Assembly: GCF_011386835.1 (NCBI RefSeq)
Contig: NC_088796.1
Coordinates: forward strand, 89,466,001 to 89,530,000
DNA from: Chrysemys picta bellii
Taxonomy: Eukaryota
Length of the DNA stretch: 64,000 nt
Direction of reading: 5' to 3'
The translations under genes were made by a program, and so were the position numbers. Below are positions 10,430-22,616 of the stretch, piece after piece. Each line of letters opens with the position of its first letter. Position 1 is the stretch's first letter. Under the pieces are notes generated by a model. It made no database searches, was not told the DNA's origin, and saw only the letters and a program-made list of their open reading frames with translations.

Positions 10430-12448
10430 TGTGTACGCTGTTTGGGGGAGTCTCATGTACCCTAAAAATGCACTCACTGCAACAAGCTCAAATCGTGGAC
10501 CCGCAAGAACAGGGAGCTAAGACTGAAACTGCACCTATTAGAAAACTCCCTCAGACCTGCGTCTGACCCGGGCCAGCAAAGCTCTTTAAAACCCTCAAGG
10601 GAGAAGGGCAAAACAAAGAAATGGCCAGCTTCCTCCCCGCCCCAGGGGCCGCTCTTCAGCAAAGAAGGCTCAAATGGCTTCCTCCTCACCAGTGCCCGCC
10701 GCTCCGCGGCTCAGCACTTTTGACTCTGAAGGCACCTCAGGCACCAACCGTGAGTCAGCTGCTCAGCTACCTGGTGCTGAGGCTCAGGGCTTTCAGCACG
10801 CGCCTCATACAGCTCTCCCTCGGCCACCTTTGACAGCACGGTGTCACAGCGCCAAGAGCACAGGCAGATACTACAGCACCGCCATTTGATCTTGTGGTGC
10901 CGCTTTCTCACCCGATGGAGCTGACTCTGCCCGCACCAACGGCAGCGGCACCAGCTCCATTTCAGTCACCCTTCACTCCTCTCTTGCCTTACCAATCAGC
11001 ACCTGGAGTCACTGCACTGCCTCAGTTTTTACATCAAGGGGACTTAAGAGTGTCCCATGCCCCTGAATCTCCACTACTTGGCACCGATCTATCACTGGGA
11101 CCTTCAGCACCCTATCTGCAGTACTCCCCTATGGCTTCAAGCATCTCAAGTGGAGAGGAGGAGGAAGAGGATGGCGAACATATGTTTTCCTCACAATATT
11201 CCTCCCAGGTTCGATTACCTGCAAGTGGGAGATGCACTAAAGCACGATCCTCCTATCCTAGTGGCTACCCACACTGATATGGTAACCCCTGGATGCCACC
11301 ACCTATGCGCTTTCCTGTGCAATGGCCACACTGGGACCCATGGAACTACACCAGGACACAGTCGGGTGTTCACTGTGCAGCCTGTAGGAAAGATGTCAGA
11401 CCCTCCCCGATGCTTCCTTACATTGATAAGCAGATAAGACCTGAAGTAGCTGCTCCGCCCGTGCAGGACGTCGCTTCCCACACCTCTCCTACAGTGATAC
11501 CACCACAGGAGGTCACAGTGCCCCCACCACCTCCCACTACTGATGAGCTCACTCACTTTCAGAAATTATTTAAAAGAGTAGCCAATGAGCTCAAGATTAC
11601 CTGGAGGAGGTACCAGAAACCCACCATGAGCTCACCAACATATCACAAGCTACCACCTCATCCAAAATAGCCCTACCAATTAATGGGGCCATCATGGAGC
11701 CAGCTAAAATTATCTGGCAGACCCCGGCTACGATAACCCCCACTACCAAGAGACTGGACCGCAAATATTTTGTCCCGTCAAAGGGTTCTGAGTTTCTATT
11801 TACACACTTATCACCCAATTCACTAGTGGTCGATGTGGCCAACCAGAAAAATAAGCACCAGCACTTCTGATTTACCCCATCTGACAAGGATAACAAGAGA
11901 CTGGACTCCTTTGGGCGCAAAGTGTATTCATCTTCCACCTTGCAATTTCGAGTTACATGGTGCTCTTAGCAAAATATGAGCTCAAAAATTATTCTAAAAT
12001 AATGCAATTTATTGATGATGTGTTGGAAGACAAACAACAACAATTCAAAGCAGTGGTGTCTGAGGGCCAATTGATCTCCCGCACAGCTCTTCAGGCCATC
12101 CTCGATACTACGGATGCAGCCGCCAGATCCACAGCCACGGCCATAGTCATGTGGCGGGCCTCATGGTTTACTTCTTCCTCCTTTCCCAAGGAGATGCAGA
12201 ACATTGTTGAAGATCTCCCATTTGATGGAGACAAGCTCTTCGCCTCTACCACCTATGAGGTTCTCCATTCCATGAAAGACTCGTGCGCCACACTCAGATC
12301 TTTGGGCATCCAGCCACCTGCCACAAAAAAGAGGCAGTACAAATATCAGCCTTACCAATGGCCACGTTACCATGCTTTTGCGCAAAATCAACATTTCAGA
12401 CCATATGATATGCAGCAACAACAACGCCATAGACCCAGAACCCAATGA
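10430..12448 (+). pseudogene. DIRS ORF1 (gag-like; C-terminal part is the LAP2alpha-related domain), disrupted
   Basis: Fragments in several frames; TAA at 10463; best segment 11957-12448: EGQLISRTALQAILDTTDAAARSTATAIVMWRASW...VEDLPFDGDKLF. Confidence 0.8.
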
Positions 12449-12509
12449 CGTCACCCTCCACAAACAATGGTGACCCACCCTCCTACCTCAAATAAACAAA
12501 TGTGAAGTC

Positions 12510-13100
12510 TTGGTTGAGGGTATTGAAAGCCTCCCACCCTCTTCAGCGCCAATTTCAACCATCCATTTCTTTGGATACCATCTACGCCCATTCCTTGCCA
12601 ATTGGGAAGCCATCACTACAGACAGATGGGTCCTGGAAATTATCAGATCGGGTTATGCCATTCCCTTCCTCTCCATACCCCCACCCACCCTCCCACCCCA
12701 TCAAGAAACAAAAATTCTGGATGGTTACTCTCCCAGTGAGAATTCCGATGCTGGACCAAGGAGATTGGTTTTCAACCCTTGACCTCCAAGATGCATATTT
12801 CCATGTCACTATGCACCCTGCCCATCAATGTTTTCTCAGATTTGCTGTGGGAGTGGAATACTATCAATACAGGGTCTTGCCCTTTGGCCTTTCCACTGCC
12901 CCACGTATCTTCTCAAAAGTACTAGTAGTCATAACAGCACATCTCAGAAAGAATGGGGTCCTCATTTTTCCTTACCTGCACGATTGTCTCCTCAAGTTCC
13001 TCACTTTCTGGGAAGCGATCTGAGTGACTTCTGCAACTGTGCACTGCTTCCACACCGTGGGTCTGCAAATAAACAGAAACAAATCTACCTTACGACCTAC
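12510..13100 (+). pseudogene. DIRS ORF2 reverse transcriptase fragment, inactivated
   Basis: WEAITTDRWVLEIIRSGYAIPF then GDWFSTLDLQDAYFH...YQYRVLPFGLSTAPRIFSK...FPYLHD (YxDD mutated); the expected intervening RT motifs are missing near 12700. Confidence 0.88.
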
Positions 13101-13596
13101 AATTAAGAAGAAGCTTCTAGAATCAATTAAGGCAGGCTAATCAGGTCACCTGGGTTTTAAAAAGGAGCTCACTTCAGTTTGTTGGGGGAGTGTGAGGAGC
13201 TGGGAGCAAGAGGCACAAGGAGCTGAGAGTGAGAGGGTGTGCTGCTGGAGGACTGAGGAGCACAAGCATTATCAGACACCAGGAGGAAGGTCCTGTGGTG
13301 AGAATAAGGAAGGTGTTTGGAGGAGGCCATGGGGAAGTAGCCCAGGGAGTTGTAGCTGTCATGCAGCTGTTACAGGAGGCACTATAGACAGCTGCAGTCC
13401 ACAGGGCCCTGGGCTGGAACCCGGAGTAGAGGGCGGGCCCGGGTTCCCCCCAAACCTCCCAATTGACCTGGACTGTGGGGTCTCCCAGAGGGGAAGGTCT
13501 CTGGGCTGTTCCCCATCCCACATGGTGAATCTCTGAGGCAAGAAAATCCGCCAATAAGTGCAGGACCCACCAAGATAGAGGAGGAACTTTGTCCCA
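13101..13596 (-). mobile_element. Truncated LTR (Gypsy-type turtle LTR)
   Basis: Minus-strand start TGGGACAAAGTTCCTCCTCTATCTTGGTGGGTCCTG at 13596 (TG..., similar opening to the 63938 LTR); other end lost at the junction with DIRS RT. Confidence 0.65.
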
Positions 13597-14389
13597 CCAT
13601 CAAATTGTTCCTAGAATATGTCACCTGATTCCAGCCCTCAAGATACTAAGGAGTAGGGAAAGGAGATCCCACAAAAGTCACCCTGAAGCGCAGACTCCAG
13701 GTCTGGAGGTGTCCTGACCACCTCCTCAAGGGGACAACATATCATGTAGGGGAAGAGGCTTACTATAGGAGAAGGGGTCATGTGGTGTGAAGAGGTCATG
13801 AAGGCCTGCTGGAATGAGTGGATGGGAAGGTTCAGAGATTCAGAAAATTTGGATGAGTTTTGGATAAGCATCAGAGTGCGAGAACAAGCATGTGAATATG
13901 TGACAGACTTTGGTATTGTCTGGCAGAGAAAAATGTTGACAACACCAGGAAATATCTGCCTGGTTTGAATAGGATTATAGTGACTCTGAGCCAGCGTGCT
14001 GTGGCTCTGCTTATCTCGCCTATCTCCCAAGTGTTTAGAGGGATTTTTGTGAGATTTTTTGCATGTGTTTTGTATCCAGCAGATGTTCTTATCATTTGTT
14101 TGTTTAAAAAGCAGCCGAATGTGCTTGTGAGGCAAGTTTCTGGGGAGTTCTATCATCGGTAGTGAAAATCGTCCACACTGTAAGCTTTGAAACTCTCGCA
14201 CCTTACAGGCTGTGCTGCTGCTGCTTTTATTTATTGACACTGGAGCCAAAACACAATGAGCAGAGCCTTGACTGATTACAATGATCAACGCTTTACATGA
14301 TGCTCGGGCACTCTTTAGGTGGCTACTTGGCCAGGAGAAACATTTTTTTTTTTTGGTCCAGGCTGGGGAGTACATGAGAAGTCATGCTC

Positions 14390-14660
14390 TCGTTTAGGCA
14401 TCTTTATTGTTTGTGTGACAGTAGCACCTTGAGCCCCCAACCAAGACCGGGGTGCCATTGTGCTAGACACCAATGAACAGAGTGTGAGGCAGTCACTGTC
14501 CTGAAGAGCTTACAATCCAAATACACAAAGTGTTTGTGGGGGAAACAGAGGCACAGAGAGGTGAATAAATTTGCTCAAGGTCACACAGTGGGGTAGCGAC
14601 AGAGCTAGGAATAGAACCCAGGCCTCCTAGCTAACAACCCAAAGCCCTATACACGAGTCA
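14390..14660 (-). mobile_element. MIR/amniote CORE-SINE with L2-like tail
   Basis: GGGAAACAGAGGCACAGAGAGGTGAA...TTGCTCAAGGTCACACAG...AGAGCTAGGAATAGAACCCAGG preceded by the CCTGAAGAGCTTACAATC tail. Confidence 0.7.
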
Positions 14661-16399
14661 CACATCGGGCCTCCTTTTGCAGTAGTGTCATTAGTGCATA
14701 ATATTTGTGAAGCTGTTTGTTTATTTTTATATGTGCAAGAGGCAGAAGCGCACACAGAGTTAAACTACATACCATATATTTGTCTCTCCTAACTTGCCAT
14801 ATGAGCAGGTTAGACACAGACTGTGTTAAACAGCACTACAGCACGTTGCATGTGTTCTATATATATGGAATTGAATTCTACTGAAAGTGAATTTGGGGGG
14901 TATTCATCACCACGCATAGATTTCAGCAAAGGGACGATTAGCACCTTACCAGATCAGGCCCAAAAACAGAAAGCAGCCTTGCGTGGAACAGAGACGTGCC
15001 TGGGTGTCTCTCCTTCTCTCCCAACCTTTGGTTGGTCATAAAAGCCCTGAAAGACTCCTGGTTACAAAGGCATCTCTGCCTGACAGATGCTTCAAATACT
15101 GCGAAGGAAGCAGCATTGCAGACCATATGGAAAGTGCTCTGTGGACCACTAGTGGTCCATAGATCACTCCTCAAGAACCTCTGAAGTATTATTTGGCAAA
15201 CTATATACAATAAATTAAATAGACACCATAATTTAAAGGGACATAGTCAACTTAACACATCTCTCTCTGAAAGTTTTGTAGCTACTGTTGTTACAAGTAA
15301 TTCCTTAGATCGCTAGAACTTTAAGAGATCAAAACCAAAATGAAGGTTTCTCTTTGAAATTACTAGCCAATCTGAGGAAAAATAAAGTCAATTTAACTGT
15401 TTTCACTTAATAGCCAGTTAATAAATCATTTCCCTATGCTGCTGGTGGGTTTTTCATACACCAACAGGGGAGTGAGATGTAGTTTTAGAAACCGGAGAAT
15501 GTGATTGTAAAAAAGCACAAAAATTGTCAAAGAAACTAAGGGGCAGTACTTGCAACTATTTTTATAAAACTAAGTAGATCACAATTTAACTGTCACGTTA
15601 AACCATCTGTACAAAGGGACAAAATTAAGGTTCAGCCTTCAATGCTAACTCTGTATTTAATGATTTTTGAGTGTTTGATTTCTCAACTTCCATGCTTGTT
15701 CTTTTTTCATTTAATTTGACTGTTAAATAATTGATTCATGTTAGATGGTCATCCTTTCTACAAGAGCAAAGCACGGGGTGGGGGGCAAAGGTAAAGAAAT
15801 AGTTTGGAATCTGGAAACTCTGAAGCTTAGTTTTTGTATAAACCTAATGAGAGCAGATCCTCTAATAAAAAGTAGGACATGAAAAAATCTGTGGGAAGCA
15901 CACACAAGGAATCACTGTATTAAATTCTTACTCCTAAACAAAGGCCATATTCCCTGAAGTAGATTTGGAATAACAAGTGATTCCATATGACTTTCTGTTC
16001 AAGACTTTCTGTCCTGAAATCAATTTCCATGAATGGAGCTGCCCTGCAACTACTGTTCATTATTAAGGGGAAAAGGGAAATAATCAGGTGCCCTGCTTTA
16101 TCAGTTTGGAACGAATGGCAGACTATTCCAAAGAGATTCGATATTTAGAAAGAGATGTATCTTCCACCTTTGCTTTGTCACAAGCATTTGGTCTGCTTCT
16201 ATCTTTTGAGATCTACCTCTATGCTAATCAAAAACTAAAGGGCCAAACTTATCTATAGTGAGCATGCACAATGCTCATTGGTTTCCACTGGGATTTGACG
16301 GTGCTCAGAGCCATGCAGGATCAAATTAAAAATTAGTAGACGTGAAATGGGGTTTCTTTCTAGCATCAATGGACAAAGCAGGAATTTGACTTAACACTA

Positions 16400-18325
16400 T
16401 AGGCAGTCAGGAAATTTTCATCAGAATTATTTTCTGATAGCAAATGCTATTTTTACAAAATCTCAGAAATTTTTCCATTTTCTGTTGGGAAAAATTAAAT
16501 AACTAGTTTGTTTCTGGGGCATTTGGCCCAAATTCAATGGAATATTTTGGTTTATTGAACTGACCCAAAATGTTTTGATTACATTGCATTTCAATATTGT
16601 GGTAAATTGCCTCTGTGACAGTGTACCCCATAAGGCTTTATGGGGAGGGAGTGCTTATAAATGTATGTATGACATAACTGGAATATGTTTTGTGCTGCCT
16701 GTGCTATGTAATATATCTCCGTAAAGGTTATGGTCTACTATATCTACTCATCCTATTTGTACATATATATCATTTTCTACTTGAGGTTAAGAATATGGGC
16801 TGTATGCTTGCTTGGTTTCTAAGTAAGCTTTGTGAGACATTTGGTCAGCTTCTTTAGGAAGGAATTCACCAGGTTAAGTACCTGATCAGGAAACACTTGG
16901 AGAACAATGCATCTAGGAATGCTCAAATCCACATAAGAAGTCTTCCTGGAGACATGCAAGATACCATGTGGACAATGGTTTCGGCCTGTAAAGACTGAGT
17001 CATGCAGAGACATGTGACTTGCCCAAGTGACTCCAGAACTCCATCTTGGAGCTGGACTTTGCATAGGAGGGAGGCGCGGGAGCCTCCATGTTAGTCTTAA
17101 AGGTGCCACAGGACCCTCTGTTGCACCCACAAGAGAGAGTCTATTTAAATCCATGGGAGACCCCTCCATTTTGTCTTCAGCTGGCTAAAGGAGGAGCCTC
17201 TCCACCCCCCAGGGGTGGAAACTTGAAGGAAACTGGAACAGAGGATAGTAACTACAGGGGTTGTGAGTGATTGCTGGACCCAGGCTAAAAGGAGATTAGC
17301 CTGTAAAAGGGAGCGTTCTGGAACTGGTGAGATTATCTGTATTTAGTTTGATTAGACATAGATTTGCACATTTTATTTTATTTTGCTTGGTGACTTATTT
17401 TGTTCTGTCTGTTACTACTTGGAACCACTTAAATCCTATTTTCTGTATTTAATAAAATCACTTTTTATTTATTAATTTACTCAGAGTATGTATTAATACC
17501 TGGGGGAGCAAACAACTGTGCATATCTCTCTATCAGTGTTATAGAGGGTGAACAATTTATGAGTTTGCCCTGCATAAGCTTTATACAGGGTAAAACGGAT
17601 TTATCTGGGTTTAGACCCCATTGGGAGTTGGGCATCTGAGTGCTAAAGACAAGCACACTTCTGTGAGCTGTTTTCAGGTAAACTTGCAGCTTTGGGGCAA
17701 GTGATTCAGACCCTGGCTCTGTGTTGCAGCAGACGGGAGTGTCTGGCTCAGCAAGACAGGGTGCTGGAGTCCTGAGCTGGCAGGGAAAACAGGAGCAGGG
17801 GTAGTCTTTTGCACATCAGGTGGCAGCTCCCAAGGGGGTTTCTGTGATCCAACCCATCACAGCCTCATGGGAGTTTGGTCCCCCCATTCTCTTCCATCAT
17901 CTGGGAGTTCTGACTGGACTACAACTCTCATGATGTAAAGCACTCTTCCTGCTGACTCCGCAGTGTGCTGCACCATTGGAGTCATGTTATTGCAAGTGCT
18001 TGATGGGAGATGTAGTCCAGCCAGGAAGCCAGAATGATAGGGTAGAATGGGGCCTTCAGGCAACCCAAACTACAATTTCCATGAAGCTGTGCTCCAAAGG
18101 AAAATACCTAAGTGTTGTTTGTTTCAGGTCAGTTCAACAAACAACCCACCCACCCCCATCCCCAAAGAAACAAATACAATTCTTGAAATTCAAGAATACT
18201 AAAATATTTAGTTTTGATTGAATATACCAAAATGAATTGCTTAGGCATTTTCAAACAGACATTTTTCTGAACTTTGTGTTCCATGAACATTTTCAGAATT
18301 CAGGACTGAAATACCAATTTTGCTC
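16400..18325. repeat. Old turtle palindromic DNA-transposon-like repeat, split by the solo LTR at 16614-17861
   Basis: Removing the LTR and one TSD rejoins ...AATTGCCTC|ATGGGAGTT...; internal inverted motifs GACTACAACTCTCATGA / GATGGGAGATGTAGTC; boundaries approximate. Confidence 0.4.
16614..17861 (+). mobile_element. Solo LTR (1248 bp)
   Basis: TGTGACA...ATCACA termini; exact 5-bp TSD GCCTC (16609-16613, 17862-17866); AATAAA at 17451; 3' half homologous to the 21452-22616 LTR. Confidence 0.9.
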
Positions 18326-19431
18326 CTCTCTAGTTAGCATTCTTAAATGGCAAATGGAGAAAGAAAGTAGCCAAATGTACTGTATGTTTCCTATATGATA
18401 AAATAGTTATTGAGACTGGGTCAATAGTTGCCCAACATTTTTCATGAAAAATGGGTCAAAATCCTTCACTACTGAGTAAACTATTCCACAAAATTCTTGC
18501 ATCCCTGAATTGTTTCTCTTACTGGGACATTCTTGAAAATCGGTCATTTTCGGTAACAAAAACTTCCTCTTACGCATGCAAGAAGAGTGGAAGAAAATCT
18601 TTGTATTTGCTTTATCTTCCCAAATTGTTTAGATGTATTGCAGTGTCAACCACAAGTCTAGACTCCACTCCTGTAATCTCAACTTTATGCACATGTATAC
18701 AATGTTATTACTCGTGTGTGTGTGCAAGTGTCACATATGTCACTGTTAGTGGATTTCCCTATATTTACAGTGATGTATACAGCTAATAATAAATGTATAG
18801 AATTAAAGTACATAGTGGAAACGATGGGGATTATTTTAGGCAATAACTATAAAATACTGCTGGTACTGAGCATGCAATTATAATACTTAATTGCTGAGAT
18901 TAATCCAGTGTTTCTTTAAGAAATGTAGAGAATAAGTTGCTGAAGATAAGGAAATCTAAGCTTTCTTTTTCTACAGTTATCTGAGGGGTCAGTTTTATCC
19001 TGACTAGTCTGACCTCAAGTGGTCAGTTGTTATGCTGTTCAGTTGAGTTGGAGAAATACAGCAGCACCAGGTTTTCTTACTGAGCCGGCTGCACTATCAA
19101 CATTGTATATTTGATCAATCAAATATGATGGTTTTCCAGTTTGCAAAAAGAGATAGGAAACAACTCCTAGGAGGCTCCCTCTACAATAACACAAATAATG
19201 CAGAGAAATGGAGATTTATGTTGTGCACAGATTACTGACCACAGGCTGGCTGTCACTTTTGCAGTGGGTTTCAGAAGAGGAGAAGTGGAAGGTTCCTATG
19301 GGTTTGCGGTGACCATTAGCATGCAAGAATGGCATCCTTTTTCTGTTTCCATTGCCACTTTTGTATTTAAGATGGGGTGGGGTGCTGCACATCTGTGAAA
19401 GCCTAGCAAAGGGTAGGGTGGACCTGTCTAA

Positions 19432-20038
19432 TAGGGTTACCATACGTCCGGATTTTCCCAGACATGTCTGGCTTTTTGGGCCTCAAATCCCCATCCGGGA
19501 GGAAATCCCCAAAAGCTGGACATGTCCGGGAAAATAGGGAGGGAGGGGCCGGCGGTGCTCGGCCAGGGGCCGGAGCCGCTGGGGCTGGCGGTGCGGAGCC
19601 GCTGGGGCCAGAGCCAGTGGTGCTCGGCTGGGGGCCGGGGCCCGGCGGTGCGTGGCCGGCGGTGCTCGGCCGGGGGCTGGCACTCCAGGGCCCGATCTGA
19701 GCCGGGCGGGAGATGCCAGGGCCAGAGCCTCTTGGCCTGGGCTGGCCGGCCGCCGGAGGGAACTGCTTGGCCTGGGGGGCTGGACTGGGCTGCACCCCAG
19801 TCCCAGCCCCAGCCCCAGCTTACCTGCTGCCTCCCTGTTTCAGGCTTCCCGCGAACATTTGATTCGCGGGAAGCAGAGGAGGGGAAGGAGCAGGGGGCAG
19901 AGCATTCAGGGGAGGGGGCGGAGTTGGGGCGGGGACTTTGGGGAAGGGGCAGGGACTTTGGGGAAGGGGCGGAGTTGGGGAGGGGCCAGGGCCCGTGGAG
20001 TGTCCTCCTTTTTTTTAAATTAAAATATGGTAACCCTA
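19432..20038 (+). mobile_element. Non-autonomous hAT MITE (Blackjack-like TIR), copy 2
   Basis: Same TIRs and first ~100 bp as 507-944; 7-bp direct repeat TGTCTAA on both sides; longer GC-rich interior. Confidence 0.92.
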
Positions 20039-21451
20039 TGTCTAAATATTCAGTAACTATCAAAAAAGTTCATTATATTTTTCCTATTTAGGGATTAATC
20101 CTGCCCTCTGAAGCACAGGTAGGCAAGGGATGGGGGCAGGGCCTTCAGGGAGACACTACTCCTTGCAGAAGAAGCAGAGACGTATCCCTCCATAGCATAC
20201 AAGAGAAGAGTAGAAAGATGGCTGGTTAGCTTGCTGGTCAGGTTGGGGTGTCAGAGAGAGGGGGTGTCAGCCTCATCACCAAGCCACTTAGCAGTCAGCA
20301 GCAAGGCTAGCTGATGATGGAATTTACTCTGGCTCAGAGCAGCACCAAAATGCTGGACATTCCCTGGCCAACATGGAGCAACTCTCCCTGTGTTGGCATG
20401 ATTTGCATAGGAGATGGTACACTGGAAAGTAGCATCTGCTCATCATTTTGTGTTGGTCATAGTTGAATTTGGCCAATGATCCCAAATCCCATCTGCAGCA
20501 TAACCCACTTGTGAATGTATGTTACAAATTCTCCTCTGTGCCTGAGCCACAGAGGATCTGAGTCTGTTACAGCCCCAGTTACAGAGGCATGGCTGTTAAG
20601 CTCAAGATGTAGCAGTTTATGATTTGGAGGGCCCTGCTTCAGTCCCTGGCGAGGTAGCCAAGATAGTGTCAATTACATAAGATACCATGGACTTCCAGAT
20701 CTAAAAGCATGAAGTCCCTCAGCTTCAGCTAAATCTCTTTCTTGCGCTCTCTCTCTCTGTTACACATTTGTAGGTAGATAATGAATATAAAGGGTGACAT
20801 CAACTGACATATAGCAATATGTCACATTGTGTATAAGTTATTATGCACTGCAAATGTCTTCCTGATTCCAGCTCTTTAACAAAAGGGTGCTTTGAACAAT
20901 ATAATAGAGGGTCCTAAATTCTCAGAGCTGCACAGAGTTTAGCCACAGAGTCACAGTGGTTAAAGTCTGTGGGGATTGTGTAGCCAAATTCCATTATCAC
21001 TTGAAAATGTAGAAGACAGAGTCAATCCAATTTCCTATTCAGAAATAAGGACTTAATGAGTGTTTTCATAGGACCTCTCACACTGGCTTGTTCAGCCCAA
21101 GTCTCAGCAAATTTTAGATGTCCCATTCATAATATCTAATACTACGTACCCAATCAACCACCTTCTGGCTCATCATAACTTTTTCTTATCAATTGTTCCC
21201 ACCACCTTTCTTTCACCACTATCTTCGTGCCTAATAGGACTGGCTGAATAAAGGAAATATGTATTTACAAGTACTTAATCAATGGAAAAACTTGCCAAAA
21301 ATCATCAACAAATTATTCATTTATCTCTAATGTATCACATGCAGCACCTGTTTGAAATAACTCACTGACTTAGAAATTAATTGCCATCAATTCACTAGCA
21401 CCAAGTACTCATGTCACTTTACCCTGAAGTTACACATGAAGGTCAGGTTAC

Positions 21452-22616
21452 TGTGATGTTGGACTCTATATGATTTTCTGAAAATATGCTAATGAGTGTA
21501 AATATAATGTAACTGGAACATGCTTCATGTAAAAGGTCTCTTGTAAGGTATCATTACAAAGCTTATAATCTACTGAGTGTGGTCATCCTATTTGTATGTA
21601 TGTATCATTCTTGTATCTAAAAATAGAAATATGAAATATAACTCTGAGGGCCTATTGTAATTATGCAAAGTGTGGGCCATTAATGGTGGTTTGGAATCTT
21701 GATGGCTCCCATTAACCAGGACAATTGACTGTGGATGGCTCTGTTTGCTTGCAGGCCTTCCTGTGAGTCAGGCTGGGAGGAATGAAGAACTGGGGTCTCA
21801 AGGACATGTGACCATGTCACCTGGTACTGAAATCCATCTTAAACCCAATGCTTTTCCATTTAGAAGGAGGGGTGGGAACCCAGAGAGGGACAAAGGATTC
21901 CCGCCTTGTACAAATGATATATAAGGGGGTGGAACAGAACAGAGTGGGCTGCAGTCATGAGAAATCCTCTAGCTACCACCTGAGCTGGAACAAGGGCTGT
22001 ATCAGGGGAAAGGATTGTGCCCAGACTAGAAAGGCATCCAGTCTGTGATTGAAGCTTTTTGAAACATCTGAGGGTGAGATTTTATCTGTATTCAGTTTTC
22101 TTACTGTACTAGGCTTAGACTTGTGTGTTTTATTTTATTTTGCCTGGTAATGCACTTTGTTCTGTCTGTTATTACTTGGAACCACTTAAATCCTACTTTT
22201 TGTATTTAATAAAATCACTTTTTACTTATTAATTAACCCAGAGTAAGTATTAATACCTGGTGGTAGGGGGGGCAAACAGCTCTGCATATCTCTCTATCAG
22301 TGTTATAGAGAGTGAACAATTTATGAGTTTACCCTGTATACGCTTTATACAGGGTAAAATGGATTTATTTGGGGTTTGGACCCCATTGGGAGCTGGGCAT
22401 CTGAGTGTTGGAGACAGGAACACTTCTTAAGCTGTTTTCAGTTAAGCCTGCAGTGTTTGGGGGACATTGTTCAGACCTGGGTCTGTGTTTGTAGCAGGCT
22501 AGCGTGTCTGGCTCAAACCAGGCAGGGCACTGAAGTCCCACACTGGCAGGAAAAACGGGCTCAGAGGTAGTCTCAGCACATCAGATGGCAGTTCCCAAGG
22601 GATCCAGCTCATCACA
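21452..22616 (+). mobile_element. Solo LTR (1165 bp), same family as 16614-17861
   Basis: TGTGATG...ATCACA termini; exact 5-bp TSD GTTAC (21447-21451, 22617-22621); TATA-like GATATATAAG near 21917; AATAAA at 22208. Confidence 0.9.

Larger units (their letters stand above)
10429..13100 (+). mobile_element. DIRS1-like tyrosine-recombinase retrotransposon, internal fragment truncated at both ends
   Basis: ORF1 Cys/His knuckle CVRCLGESHVP*KCTHC at 10430, later PVQWPHWDPW and FQKLFKRVA motifs, gag core to 12448, then ORF2 RT; no termini, RNase H or recombinase seen. Confidence 0.88.

Noticed and set aside
13192-13624. Cluster of 60-126-aa ORFs
   Set aside because: They fall inside a non-coding LTR with purine/GC bias.
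15142-15159. Perfect 18-bp palindrome TGGACCACTAGTGGTCCA
   Set aside because: Resembles the subterminal GTGGTCC motif of a decayed Charlie-type hAT end (AACCTCTG at ~15183); not a separate system.
16614-22616. A single provirus, TRIM or LARD with two LTRs
   Set aside because: Each LTR has its own distinct TSD, and no internal retroviral sequence lies between them.
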